This document shows, one piece after another, positions 37,733 through 46,020 of a stretch of 64,000 bases of DNA. How positions within the stretch are numbered: position 1 is the first letter of the stretch; every line of letters starts with the position of its first letter. Source of the stretch: an uncultured Gammaproteobacteria bacterium (GTDB taxonomy: Bacteria > Patescibacteriota > Patescibacteriia > Veblenbacterales > UBA10138); the NCBI GenBank assembly GCA_964453605.1, contig CAYVOI010000001.1, forward strand, positions 548,095 through 612,094, written 5' to 3'. The position numbers were made by a program, and so were the translations under genes. Under the pieces are notes generated by a model that was given only the letters and a program-made list of their open reading frames with translations, did not search any database and was not told where the DNA came from.

Positions 37733-39790
37733 TTAGTTACCAACGCAGATGTAGTTAACTACATCACTGTTGTGACCTGAGTTACCGTCTTGAGTGATTG
37801 TAAAGGTGTTTATACCTTGGGAAAGATGCACCGAGGCACCAGAGGTGTCAGTTGCAGTGCACACATAGCTCGACGAAGAGGTGTACTGCGCTGAACCGGT
37901 TAGGTTCACTGTCTTGCTTCCACTGCTAAGAGTTGCTGAACCAGTGACTATGTGCGTACTCACTTGCTGAGTTCCCGAAGCGTTGTAAATAGCTTCGGTG
38001 CCGGCTGGACCCTGCGGACCTTGAGGACCAGTGGCACCAGTGGCTCCGTTGGTACCATTAGTACCGTTCGTACCAGCTGTACCTTGAGGACCTTGTGGAC
38101 CAGTTGCGCCTGTAGCACCAGCTGGGCCAGTGGCTCCGGTTGCACCAGTATCACCCTTATCGCCTTTTGGTCCCTGGGCGCCAGCTGCTCCCGTTGCACC
38201 TGTGGCACCCTGAGGGCCCTGAGGACCTTGGGGACCAGTAGCACCAGCTGCGCCGGTTGCACCTGTGAGACCAGTTGCACCCGTGTCGCCCTTGGGACCC
38301 TGAGGACCAACATCACCTTGTGGGCCTTGGGCACCTGTGGCACCCATGTCCCCTTTGGGACCTTGCGGGCCAACTGCGCCGTCAGCACCAGTAGCACCTA
38401 TGGCGCCAGTGTCACCTTGTACACCTTGAGGGCCTTGAGGACCAACGGCACCATCGGCACCCGTTGCGCCTATGTCCCCTTGGGGACCTTGCGGGCCACC
38501 GGGACCAACATCACCAGTATCACCTTTTGGACCCTGGGCACCAGTGTCGCCCTGAGGACCTTGAATACCCTGATCGCCAGTCGCGCCGGCATCACCTTTA
38601 GGACCAACGGGACCAATAGGACCGACATCGCCTTGTGGGCCTTGGGCACCAGCGGGGCCTACGTCGCCTGTAGCACCCTTATCACCTTGAGGACCCTGGG
38701 GACCGGTAGGGCCAACAGCTCCGTCAGCACCAGTTGCGCCGGTGGCACCGGTATCGCCCTTATCGCCCTGGGGGCCCTGAATGCCTTGGGCACCAGTGTC
38801 ACCCTTGGGACCAGCGGGGCCAACATCACCAGTATCACCCTTAGCACCTACAGGACCCTGAATACCCTGTTCACCCTGAGGGCCAGTGGCACCAGTGTCG
38901 CCCTTGGGGCCCTGGTCGCCAGTAGCGCCAGTATCACCCTTCGGGCCTTGTGGACCAACGGGGCCAATATCACCTTGATCACCCTTCGGGCCTTGTGGAC
39001 CAACGGGGCCAACCGGACCAATTGCGCCATCACCACCAGCTGGACCTTCTGGACCCTGCGGGCCTTGGGGACCTTCTGGACCCTGTGCACCCACAGGACC
39101 CTGCGGGCCAACCGGACCTTGGTCACCATTGGGGCCCTTATCACCAGTAGGGCCCTTGTCGCCGGTGGGGCCTTTATCACCAACTGCACCTTGGGGGCCG
39201 GTAGGGCCTACGGGACCTTGTGGACCAGCGGCACCAGCAGCACCGGCGTCACCTTTGGGGCCTTGCGGACCCGTAGGACCTACGGAACCCTGAGGACCTT
39301 GTGCGCCCGTGTCACCCTTAGGACCTTGAGGACCAGCCGCGCCGGTTGCTCCAGTATCACCCTTGGGACCTTGGGAACCAGTTGCACCGGCGGCACCGGT
39401 GTTACCTGTAGCACCTTTAGCACCAGCAGGGCCAACTGGACCAGCTGGACCTTGTGGGCCAGCGGGACCTTGAGGACCAACAGGGCCCTGAGGGCCAACT
39501 GCACCATTACAAACGTAGCTCGTAGACCGCACCTCGGCTGGATCGAGTACGCTGTTGCTATTTAGATCAAGTCCAGTGTCTATTTTCTGTCCACCGGTTG
39601 GACACACGGCTGAGCCAACCGGGACTGGGGTTACGGCCACCAGGGCAGTGTACCCCTTAGGGGACGTGGCCTCGCTGTCGACGGCAGCAAGTTGAGCCTG
39701 CGCCACAGCAGCTACGCCAAAGTTACCAAGCGCCATGAGCGCTGACAACCCGACCAGAACGGTTTTACGATGCAAAAAGTGTTGGTGCAT
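37733..39790 (-). CDS. Secreted collagen-like protein (~168 Gly-X-Y triplets)
   Basis: Signal peptide; CPTGG...GLDLN.N..LD..E...YVCNG domain; G-X-Y run ~37995-39505; C-terminal beta domain ending YICVGN. Confidence 0.92.
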   Translation of the reverse strand: MHQHFLHRKTVLVGLSALMALGNFGVAAVAQAQLAAVDSEATSPKGYTALVAVTPVPVGSAVCPTGGQKIDTGLDLNSNSVLDPAEVRSTSYVCNGAVGPQGPVGPQGPAGPQGPAGPVGPAGAKGATGNTGAAGATGSQGPKGDTGATGAAGPQGPKGDTGAQGPQGSVGPTGPQGPKGDAGAAGAAGPQGPVGPTGPQGAVGDKGPTGDKGPTGDKGPNGDQGPVGPQGPVGAQGPEGPQGPQGPEGPAGGDGAIGPVGPVGPQGPKGDQGDIGPVGPQGPKGDTGATGDQGPKGDTGATGPQGEQGIQGPVGAKGDTGDVGPAGPKGDTGAQGIQGPQGDKGDTGATGATGADGAVGPTGPQGPQGDKGATGDVGPAGAQGPQGDVGPIGPVGPKGDAGATGDQGIQGPQGDTGAQGPKGDTGDVGPGGPQGPQGDIGATGADGAVGPQGPQGVQGDTGAIGATGADGAVGPQGPKGDMGATGAQGPQGDVGPQGPKGDTGATGLTGATGAAGATGPQGPQGPQGATGATGAAGAQGPKGDKGDTGATGATGPAGATGATGPQGPQGTAGTNGTNGTNGATGATGPQGPQGPAGTEAIYNASGTQQVSTHIVTGSATLSSGSKTVNLTGSAQYTSSSSYVCTATDTSGASVHLSQGINTFTITQDGNSGHNSDVVNYICVGN

Positions 39791-39872
39791 AAATTTTGCA
39801 ATAAAATAATTAGGCTTAAAATTAGGGCTAAAAAATACCTTAGGTAAACTAACTATTCTGCATTGTCTGCGC

Positions 39873-39901
39873 ACCTTACTATAAGGCTAAAAACTTGTCA
39901 A
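39873..39901 (-). promoter_or_regulatory. Promoter of the collagen-like gene
   Basis: TTGACA-17-TAAGGT. Confidence 0.65.
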
Positions 39902-40052
39902 GCCTTCGGGGTGTGCATAGCCTTAGGCGAGCGTTTGGCGCAGTGAGCTGAGAAAGGCATTCGAGGTAAGCTGGGGCTTTTGTTCGCACCAAAAGCCCAG
40001 GGGGGGCCAGGCCAGCATCCCTCAGGGAGCCCGTTGCCACCCCACAGCCAAA

Positions 40053-40086
40053 CCGTCAAATTTCTCCGGCCGGAGAAATTTGACGG
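40053..40086. repeat. Perfect 34-bp palindrome, copy 1
   Basis: CCGTCAAATTTCTCCGG|CCGGAGAAATTTGACGG. Confidence 0.95.
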
Positions 40087-40140
40087 CTCTTCATCAACCT
40101 CAACAGCGCCCTAGCGCCCGATAAGCCCTTCGGGCTGGTG

Positions 40141-40695
40141 CTATCGAGGTAGCCTAAAGAAACGAGAGGCTTGAAACAAATTCACCCAATCCCCCAACCC
40201 AACCTGGCGTACAAAAGCTGCCACGAGCTGGTAAGCCTCAACGGGGCCCCACCACACACTCTGCTGAAGCTTTCTAAACCCACCCTGCCTCAAGAGCCAG
40301 CGAAGCTGCCGACGCGCACGCTCTTCTGTTTCGGGGACATCGAACACTACCACCGTATACTTCGCTTGGTCATACTTCAGGGTCAGCTGCCTTAACCGCT
40401 CAACAAAGAGAGCGGCCTGGCCCTTCGGGGTAAGCGCCACTGCAAAACGCTTACCAACTCTCCGCGCGGTTATATACCTCGCGCGCCGCAGGTTCCGAAA
40501 AGCTGCCTCAGCTGCTGAGTGCCGGCGTAAACGCTTAAGCTCCTGAACATACCCATGCCCACCTCGACGGTAAGCGGAGCCATACCCACTGCTCAGATCA
40601 GCAAAAAACTGACTAAGCTGAACCGTGGTATCCTGAAGTTCAGCCAGAATGGTTAGGAGAACCTTGGTAGAAGCTCGGCGTTTCGTGCTCGGCAT
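40141..40695 (-). CDS. PaaX-like protein: winged-helix plus Cas2-like domain, not CRISPR-associated here
   Basis: LTPKG wing; VVVFDVPE..E..R..LR..L...GF..LQQSVW Cas2/PaaX-central motif. Confidence 0.85.
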   Translation of the reverse strand: MPSTKRRASTKVLLTILAELQDTTVQLSQFFADLSSGYGSAYRRGGHGYVQELKRLRRHSAAEAAFRNLRRARYITARRVGKRFAVALTPKGQAALFVERLRQLTLKYDQAKYTVVVFDVPETEERARRQLRWLLRQGGFRKLQQSVWWGPVEAYQLVAAFVRQVGLGDWVNLFQASRFFRLPR

Positions 40696-40751
40696 AGCGC
40701 TCCGTTAAGTGTACCACTACAACCTATAGCCTACCGCTCTGTCCCCTGCCT

Positions 40752-40781
40752 GTCAAATATGTCCGGCCGGAGAAATTTGAC
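40752..40781. repeat. Palindrome copy 2 (28/30 identical to the copy 1 core), overlapping the -35 of the PaaX-like gene
   Basis: GTCAAATATGTCCGGCCGGAGAAATTTGAC; minus strand reads TTGACA(40751-56)-17-TAGGCT. Confidence 0.9.
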
Positions 40782-40841
40782 TGGTAGCGAAGAAACACAA
40801 AAAAACCGCTATAGGGGTGCGGGAATTGCCTATACCTTCCC

Positions 40842-43313
40842 TTACTGTTCGTTCCAACTATTATTAACCGCCGATACGGGCGAGGTGGTTGGTGAAGGAA
40901 CCCATATTTTATTAATTGAACCTTGTACACTTACAAAATTCACGGACACCTTCTTAAGGCAAAGACTATAAGAAGCAGACGCATTAATAACACCGTTGTT
41001 CTCAATCTTGAGTGACCCAAACGGTGCAGCAAAAATCGCTGAACTACTATTATTTGAAGCGTCAAGCGAAGCGGCGCTGCTTGAGGTGCATTGGGCACTT
41101 GTGTCGTGATTCCCAGAAATTACCATCAAAAAATTCTGTACAGGAGAACCAGTTGTTGCTGCTAAACCATTGTCAGTCAGGGGGGTAGACGCTGGGCTAG
41201 CAATGAGCGCTGTGTCACTATAACTATTGGAAATTGTGGTACGGTAAACACGATATGATGTTGCACCAGTGAATGTATTCCACGAGACCCTAATCCTCGG
41301 GTTCGCAGCACTAGGTGTTGCTGAAACCTCGGTTGAAACACCGGTCTCAACCCCGGCTGCGTCGATAGCTGTCACCACATAGTAGTACTTGGTACCAACA
41401 GTGAGCGTTGAGCTACCGCTAGTTAAGCTCGTTGTAACATTGGCCGGAACACTACAGGTTGAGCCACAAAGTGTATCACCATTACTAACATCAATGATCC
41501 CTTTAGTATTTGGATTACTAGGATCGTCCGCTAGTAGTAACAAGGTACGAGAACTATACTGTGTACTATCGGCTACTTTTATAGTTACATTATTGCTCGT
41601 AGTAATGTTCCCTTTCACCCAAACGCTTCCGGTGAGGGTTAAATTGCTGGTCACATCTAAATCTCCATTGACTATTTGCCAACCTAAACAATAGTTAGTA
41701 GGACAGGGCGTGCCAGGCTGCAAAGTACTTGAACCACTATCAGGAAATGAGGGGTTAAATGAGGGGTTAGCTGTAGCTGCTAAGTTAGCTAATAAAGCTG
41801 GACTAGTATAGCTACCTGAACTGGTAGTACGGTAAACGTTGTAAGAAATTGCCCCACTCACTGCTGGCCAGCTTAGCTGTATGGTACGCTGAGTGCTGCT
41901 GGTCACTTGTTTAGAAACTTCAATAGATGGAGCAGTCTCAAGAGTTGAAGTACCTGTTCCAAAATCATGAACTACAGCTGTAATCTTATAATAATACGTA
42001 GTAGGGGGGCTATAGGTAAGCGTACCACCAGATTGTAGTGTAGGGACACTAACACTAGGTATACTTGAGGCCATAGTTTGAATTTGGCTCTCCCATGTAC
42101 TAATATCTGTGCCTGTAATTGGTAATGTTTTAGCCGCTGGCAGGGTGTCGGTTAAATTACCAGTGCCCACAGTAGCGCTAGCCGTTATGGTCTGATAGTA
42201 GGCATTTCCGTTTACCGTTGCACCTAAAATGTTACTCGCCCACGCATCTCCAGTCACCGTCACGTTGCTTAAGCTTTGGTACTTACTGCCAAACCAGGTC
42301 TTGAAGTTAAGGTCCGCCCCTGTTGAGACCCAACTTGTACCATTCCAAACTGAAGCGGAACCGCCTGCATAACTGCTGGCTGTATCCTTACCCCAAGCCC
42401 AGTAATTGGTTGGACTGATTGAAGTATCGACTGGATCAAGCAGAATCCACAATTTCTGGCCTGGTGTTACGCTGATGGGTGAGGATATGTTTACGTATAC
42501 TGAACCTAGTGAAGCGATAATATCAGGTGCGTCAAAATAGTCAAAAGCGTAGATTGTACTACCCGGATGGCCTAAGGTATCATTAGCTATTCTCCAATAA
42601 AGCTTTGTTGGATCTGGGCTGCCCATCTTCTGCAGCTGCACCGAAAAACGATTAAAACTACATACTGGCTGGCCAACCTGTCCGCAAGAGCCAATGGTAA
42701 ATTGCTGAGCGACTTTACCCGAGGTTGTCGCCTGCCCAAATATAACTACGTCGTAGGGTGGGCTGGTTTTATTACTAGTGTCTTGCTGATCAAGCGTGGC
42801 GTCATCAGCTACCGTGGCATTACCATTAACAGTAAGTGACCCACTAATAGGGCCATTCGAAAATGCATCACCGTTGATAGTATTACTATTAACAGCAGTA
42901 TCTATCCCCCCCTTATCTGTTTGGGTGCCATAGTTGAACCCACCTGCAAAGCCGGAAGCGTTCACCGTTACCTGCAGTTTACGTACCTTACCAGTGGTGT
43001 CAGAAGCCGTAGCAGTTATTATGCGTTGGAAACCATTACCAGCCACCACAACACTTACGGGCACATTACCAATAGTATAAGGAGGAATAGTACGGGGGGA
43101 CGAGTCGGCTATAACATCGTAGATTGCCTTGTTTAAGGCAGCTTCAGCACTAAAAAAAGTTTGCTCGGTCGCAACTTCAGCCTCCACATTCTTAGCCTGC
43201 CGGGTGGTGAGCGTGGCCACAGTAACCATAATAGCCACGGTAAAAACCGACACCCCCACTAGCATAAGGATGGCGATAACACCGCGCGGCTGAGTTTTTG
43301 TGCTTAGGCTCAT
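40842..43313 (-). CDS. PilX-like large minor pilin with two fibronectin-III-like domains
   Basis: QPRG|VIAILML pilin-like N-terminus; F.SAEA.L motif; YY...A...E...S.EVS...SW....GA.SY.VYRT repeated twice. Confidence 0.8.
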   Translation of the reverse strand: MSLSTKTQPRGVIAILMLVGVSVFTVAIMVTVATLTTRQAKNVEAEVATEQTFFSAEAALNKAIYDVIADSSPRTIPPYTIGNVPVSVVVAGNGFQRIITATASDTTGKVRKLQVTVNASGFAGGFNYGTQTDKGGIDTAVNSNTINGDAFSNGPISGSLTVNGNATVADDATLDQQDTSNKTSPPYDVVIFGQATTSGKVAQQFTIGSCGQVGQPVCSFNRFSVQLQKMGSPDPTKLYWRIANDTLGHPGSTIYAFDYFDAPDIIASLGSVYVNISSPISVTPGQKLWILLDPVDTSISPTNYWAWGKDTASSYAGGSASVWNGTSWVSTGADLNFKTWFGSKYQSLSNVTVTGDAWASNILGATVNGNAYYQTITASATVGTGNLTDTLPAAKTLPITGTDISTWESQIQTMASSIPSVSVPTLQSGGTLTYSPPTTYYYKITAVVHDFGTGTSTLETAPSIEVSKQVTSSTQRTIQLSWPAVSGAISYNVYRTTSSGSYTSPALLANLAATANPSFNPSFPDSGSSTLQPGTPCPTNYCLGWQIVNGDLDVTSNLTLTGSVWVKGNITTSNNVTIKVADSTQYSSRTLLLLADDPSNPNTKGIIDVSNGDTLCGSTCSVPANVTTSLTSGSSTLTVGTKYYYVVTAIDAAGVETGVSTEVSATPSAANPRIRVSWNTFTGATSYRVYRTTISNSYSDTALIASPASTPLTDNGLAATTGSPVQNFLMVISGNHDTSAQCTSSSAASLDASNNSSSAIFAAPFGSLKIENNGVINASASYSLCLKKVSVNFVSVQGSINKIWVPSPTTSPVSAVNNSWNEQ

Positions 43314-43828
43314 GGGTTGGTATAAAGCGAGGAATGGAGTACGACTGTGGAGCTTAAACTAGTACAGGGCCAGGGTGGTGGAGTTGAGAGACAATCAGTT
43401 GTGGTATTAGCCTTGGTCACGTACAAATTTATAGTAATAGCATTACTAGTCTTTATAAAGCTCAAGCTAGCGACCCGCACAGTGGAGCTAGAAATAACCA
43501 CCGCGGTGCCGGAGTTCTGTTGGTAGGTTGCGGTGCTGCTTGCGCTATCGAACGCATAGGTAACAGTTTGGCCTGCACTCATAGTAAGCCCCAGGCTGTT
43601 CGAGGTTACGGTGCCCAAGGTTTGAGCGTGACGAATATCATTAGTTATACGATCCATAATAAACTGCGTGTTACTCTGCACCTCTTTTACTACCTTACTC
43701 CGAGCAGCGTTTTTAGTAACATCGGCCACAAAGGCTGCAAACACGGTTATAGCCACGGTGATAATGCTGACGTACACCAACAGCTCTATGAGGGTAAACC
43801 CAGTTTTGGTATGAGCTAATTTTTCCAT
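43310..43828 (-). CDS. PilW-like minor pilin
   Basis: G|FTLIELLV; I..DIR.A motif. Confidence 0.9.
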   Translation of the reverse strand: MEKLAHTKTGFTLIELLVYVSIITVAITVFAAFVADVTKNAARSKVVKEVQSNTQFIMDRITNDIRHAQTLGTVTSNSLGLTMSAGQTVTYAFDSASSTATYQQNSGTAVVISSSTVRVASLSFIKTSNAITINLYVTKANTTTDCLSTPPPWPCTSLSSTVVLHSSLYTNP

Positions 43829-44298
43829 GCGGTTAGGATATGAGTGAGGCTAACCACCGGCTGGCTTGAAGCTGAGCAACTGGTTAAGGAAGAAAACACC
43901 TGCACGGTTACCTGCTTAACGTCATTTGGGCGCGAGGCCCCCACGTTGTTGGCGACCGTAACCTTACGGTAGAGTGCTGGTGTACTAGAAACCTGAACAC
44001 AAGATTCACTATACTCACCGTCTCCCGAACCCCAACAGGTAGTGTAGCCGTAGCTCGACATGGGCGTACAGGTACTGGGGGGCGATTCTCGAAATTGTGT
44101 ATAGTAGGTGGCGTCCACGTTTTCCATAGCTTGTCGCGCATAGCCAAGCGCCCGTTCCTTAAGCTCACTCATCCGCTCTAGCCGGTGCACCGCGCCCAAG
44201 GTATTACCAATAACCACAACCAAAATAACCACCATGGCCAAGCTGAGTAACACCTCTATGACCATTGACCCACGCGGGCGCTGGAATTGCTGTGCCAT
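43816..44298 (-). CDS. PilV-like minor pilin
   Basis: RG|SMVIEVLLS; A...A...ME; KQVTVQV. Confidence 0.85.
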   Translation of the reverse strand: MAQQFQRPRGSMVIEVLLSLAMVVILVVVIGNTLGAVHRLERMSELKERALGYARQAMENVDATYYTQFRESPPSTCTPMSSYGYTTCWGSGDGEYSESCVQVSSTPALYRKVTVANNVGASRPNDVKQVTVQVFSSLTSCSASSQPVVSLTHILTAWKN

Positions 44299-44303
44299 AA
44301 AAA

Positions 44304-44804
44304 CTACTGCACGGTAATTTTACCTACCGTGGTGACGCTAATAGTTTTGCTGGAGCCGCCAGAAATACCCACCACAATACTCTTGGCGGTAGTGGTACCG
44401 CTCAACCGGTCAAAACATACATCGAGCGGTACACCACTAATGGCAATACCATAGCCGCCGAGAGCGTAGGTAGTGGTGGCACTGGGGCAAGAGGTTGGCA
44501 TAGCAGCACTACAGGTGGACACGCTGAACAAGCAGTACTGACTAGCAGTAAAGTGGACACCCTGCGCAGTACCACCTTGCGAAGCCATGGCGCTCGACTG
44601 GGCTAGCCGAAGGGCCGAGGCAATTTCGTCGGCCGTATTCCCTAACGCCACGTTCTGTCTGAGGGAAGCGTATGAGGGTATGCCAATAGCAAGCATCAAC
44701 CCCAAAATAGCTATGGACACCAGCAGCTCTATCATGGTGAACCCCGCACCACTTTTTTTAGAAAAAAAGTGGTGCGGGGTAAATCCCTGACGTGGGCCGC
44801 GCAT
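44304..44804 (-). CDS. FimT/GspH-like minor pilin
   Basis: G|FTMIELLV; LRLAQSSAMA; F.R.SG. Confidence 0.9.
   Translation of the reverse strand: MRGPRQGFTPHHFFSKKSGAGFTMIELLVSIAILGLMLAIGIPSYASLRQNVALGNTADEIASALRLAQSSAMASQGGTAQGVHFTASQYCLFSVSTCSAAMPTSCPSATTTYALGGYGIAISGVPLDVCFDRLSGTTTAKSIVVGISGGSSKTISVTTVGKITVQ
44741..44780. repeat. In-frame palindromic element in the prepilin leader
   Basis: ACCCCGCACCACTTTTTTT-AG-AAAAAAAGTGGTGCGGGGT, 19-bp perfect arms. Confidence 0.9.
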
Positions 44805-44809
44805 AGGGG

Positions 44810-46018
44810 CTAAATAGTTTGTGAGAACTTCCAAATGGGCGTGAGTATTGCTACCGCCACAAACCCTACCGCCAAACCAATGCAGAGCAAGAGTAGTGGC
44901 TCGATCACAGAGGAAATGTTCCCTAAAGTGGTAGTGACCGATTTTTCGTAGAAGCTGGCTAGCCGCCCGAGCATGTGGTCCACCCGACCAGTGCGCTCCC
45001 CCACCTCTATCATGCGGGTGGCTATAGGCGGGTAGAGCTTGGGGTGGCCTTTCAACACCTCGGTCATGGGAATGCCCTTCTGCACAAAACCAACGCCTGC
45101 CTTAATAGACTTTTGGTAGCGGCTGTTACTGGTGACTGAGGCCGCCAAGTCGAGGGCCTGGTCAATGGGCACGCCGCTCCTAAGCAGTGCCGACATAGCG
45201 CGGGCAAAGCGCGCCAGGTTGAACTCAATCATGATAGTTTTAATTTTTGGCAGCTTGAGCAAAAACCCGTCCCAGTACCACTGGCCCTTAGGCCGCTTGA
45301 TGTAGAGACGAAACGCGTAGAGCAAACCTAACAAGGCGGGGATAACAAACACGCCCCAGGCGATGAGGAAGTTGCTCAGGGCCACCAAAACCTTAGTGGC
45401 GAGGGGTAGAGTGACATGGCTGTCGATAAGGAGCTGGGTGACTTTAGGGATGACGAACGTCATCATGAAAATGATCATGGCAAACAGCGCACAGAGTATA
45501 ATAGAAGGGTAGATCATAGCGCCGCGCGCCTTCACTAGCAGTTCGTAGTCGCGCTCCTGCTGCTCTAAGAGGTAGGAGAGCACGTCCGCCAGCTTCCCCG
45601 TGGTCTCCCCTACCCTAATCAGGTTGACGTAGAACTTGGAGAAGTGCTCCGGGTGGCGAGCTAGGGCGGCGTAGAGTGGTTGCCCACGCTGCACGTGGGC
45701 GTGAATGTCGAGGAGAACAGCCTTGAGCTTCTGGTTGTTGGACTGCTCGGTGGTAACCCTAAGGGCCTGGTCCAGCGCCATACCAGACTCGAGCAGAGTG
45801 TAGAGGTTGTTGGTAAAAAAAATTTTGTCGAGGCGCGAAATTGTACTTAAGAACTGGTCTAAGCTGGCAAAGCGTGGTTTACGCTCCCGCTTTAAGCTCA
45901 CAATGAGCAAGCCCTGCGCCTCCAGCTCGCGCGTAGCACGCTTCAAGCTTTTGGCCTCGAGCTTGTTCTTAACGTACTTCCCGGCGCTGTCGAGCGCAGT
46001 ATAGTTGAACGTGTGCAT
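44810..46018 (-). CDS. pilC: Type IV pilus platform protein PilC/GspF
   Basis: Two T2SSF repeats; GETTGKL, AMIYP, GERTG and IEP. Confidence 0.93.
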   Translation of the reverse strand: MHTFNYTALDSAGKYVKNKLEAKSLKRATRELEAQGLLIVSLKRERKPRFASLDQFLSTISRLDKIFFTNNLYTLLESGMALDQALRVTTEQSNNQKLKAVLLDIHAHVQRGQPLYAALARHPEHFSKFYVNLIRVGETTGKLADVLSYLLEQQERDYELLVKARGAMIYPSIILCALFAMIIFMMTFVIPKVTQLLIDSHVTLPLATKVLVALSNFLIAWGVFVIPALLGLLYAFRLYIKRPKGQWYWDGFLLKLPKIKTIMIEFNLARFARAMSALLRSGVPIDQALDLAASVTSNSRYQKSIKAGVGFVQKGIPMTEVLKGHPKLYPPIATRMIEVGERTGRVDHMLGRLASFYEKSVTTTLGNISSVIEPLLLLCIGLAVGFVAVAILTPIWKFSQTI

Positions 46019-46020
46019 GT

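Noticed and set aside
37952-39565. 537-aa plus-strand ORF and other alternative-frame ORFs over the collagen gene
   Set aside because: Shadows of the Gly-X-Y codon periodicity.
39900-40840. CRISPR-Cas locus suggested by the Cas2-like domain
   Set aside because: No repeat-spacer array and no cas1 or effector genes; only two palindromes about 700 bp apart.
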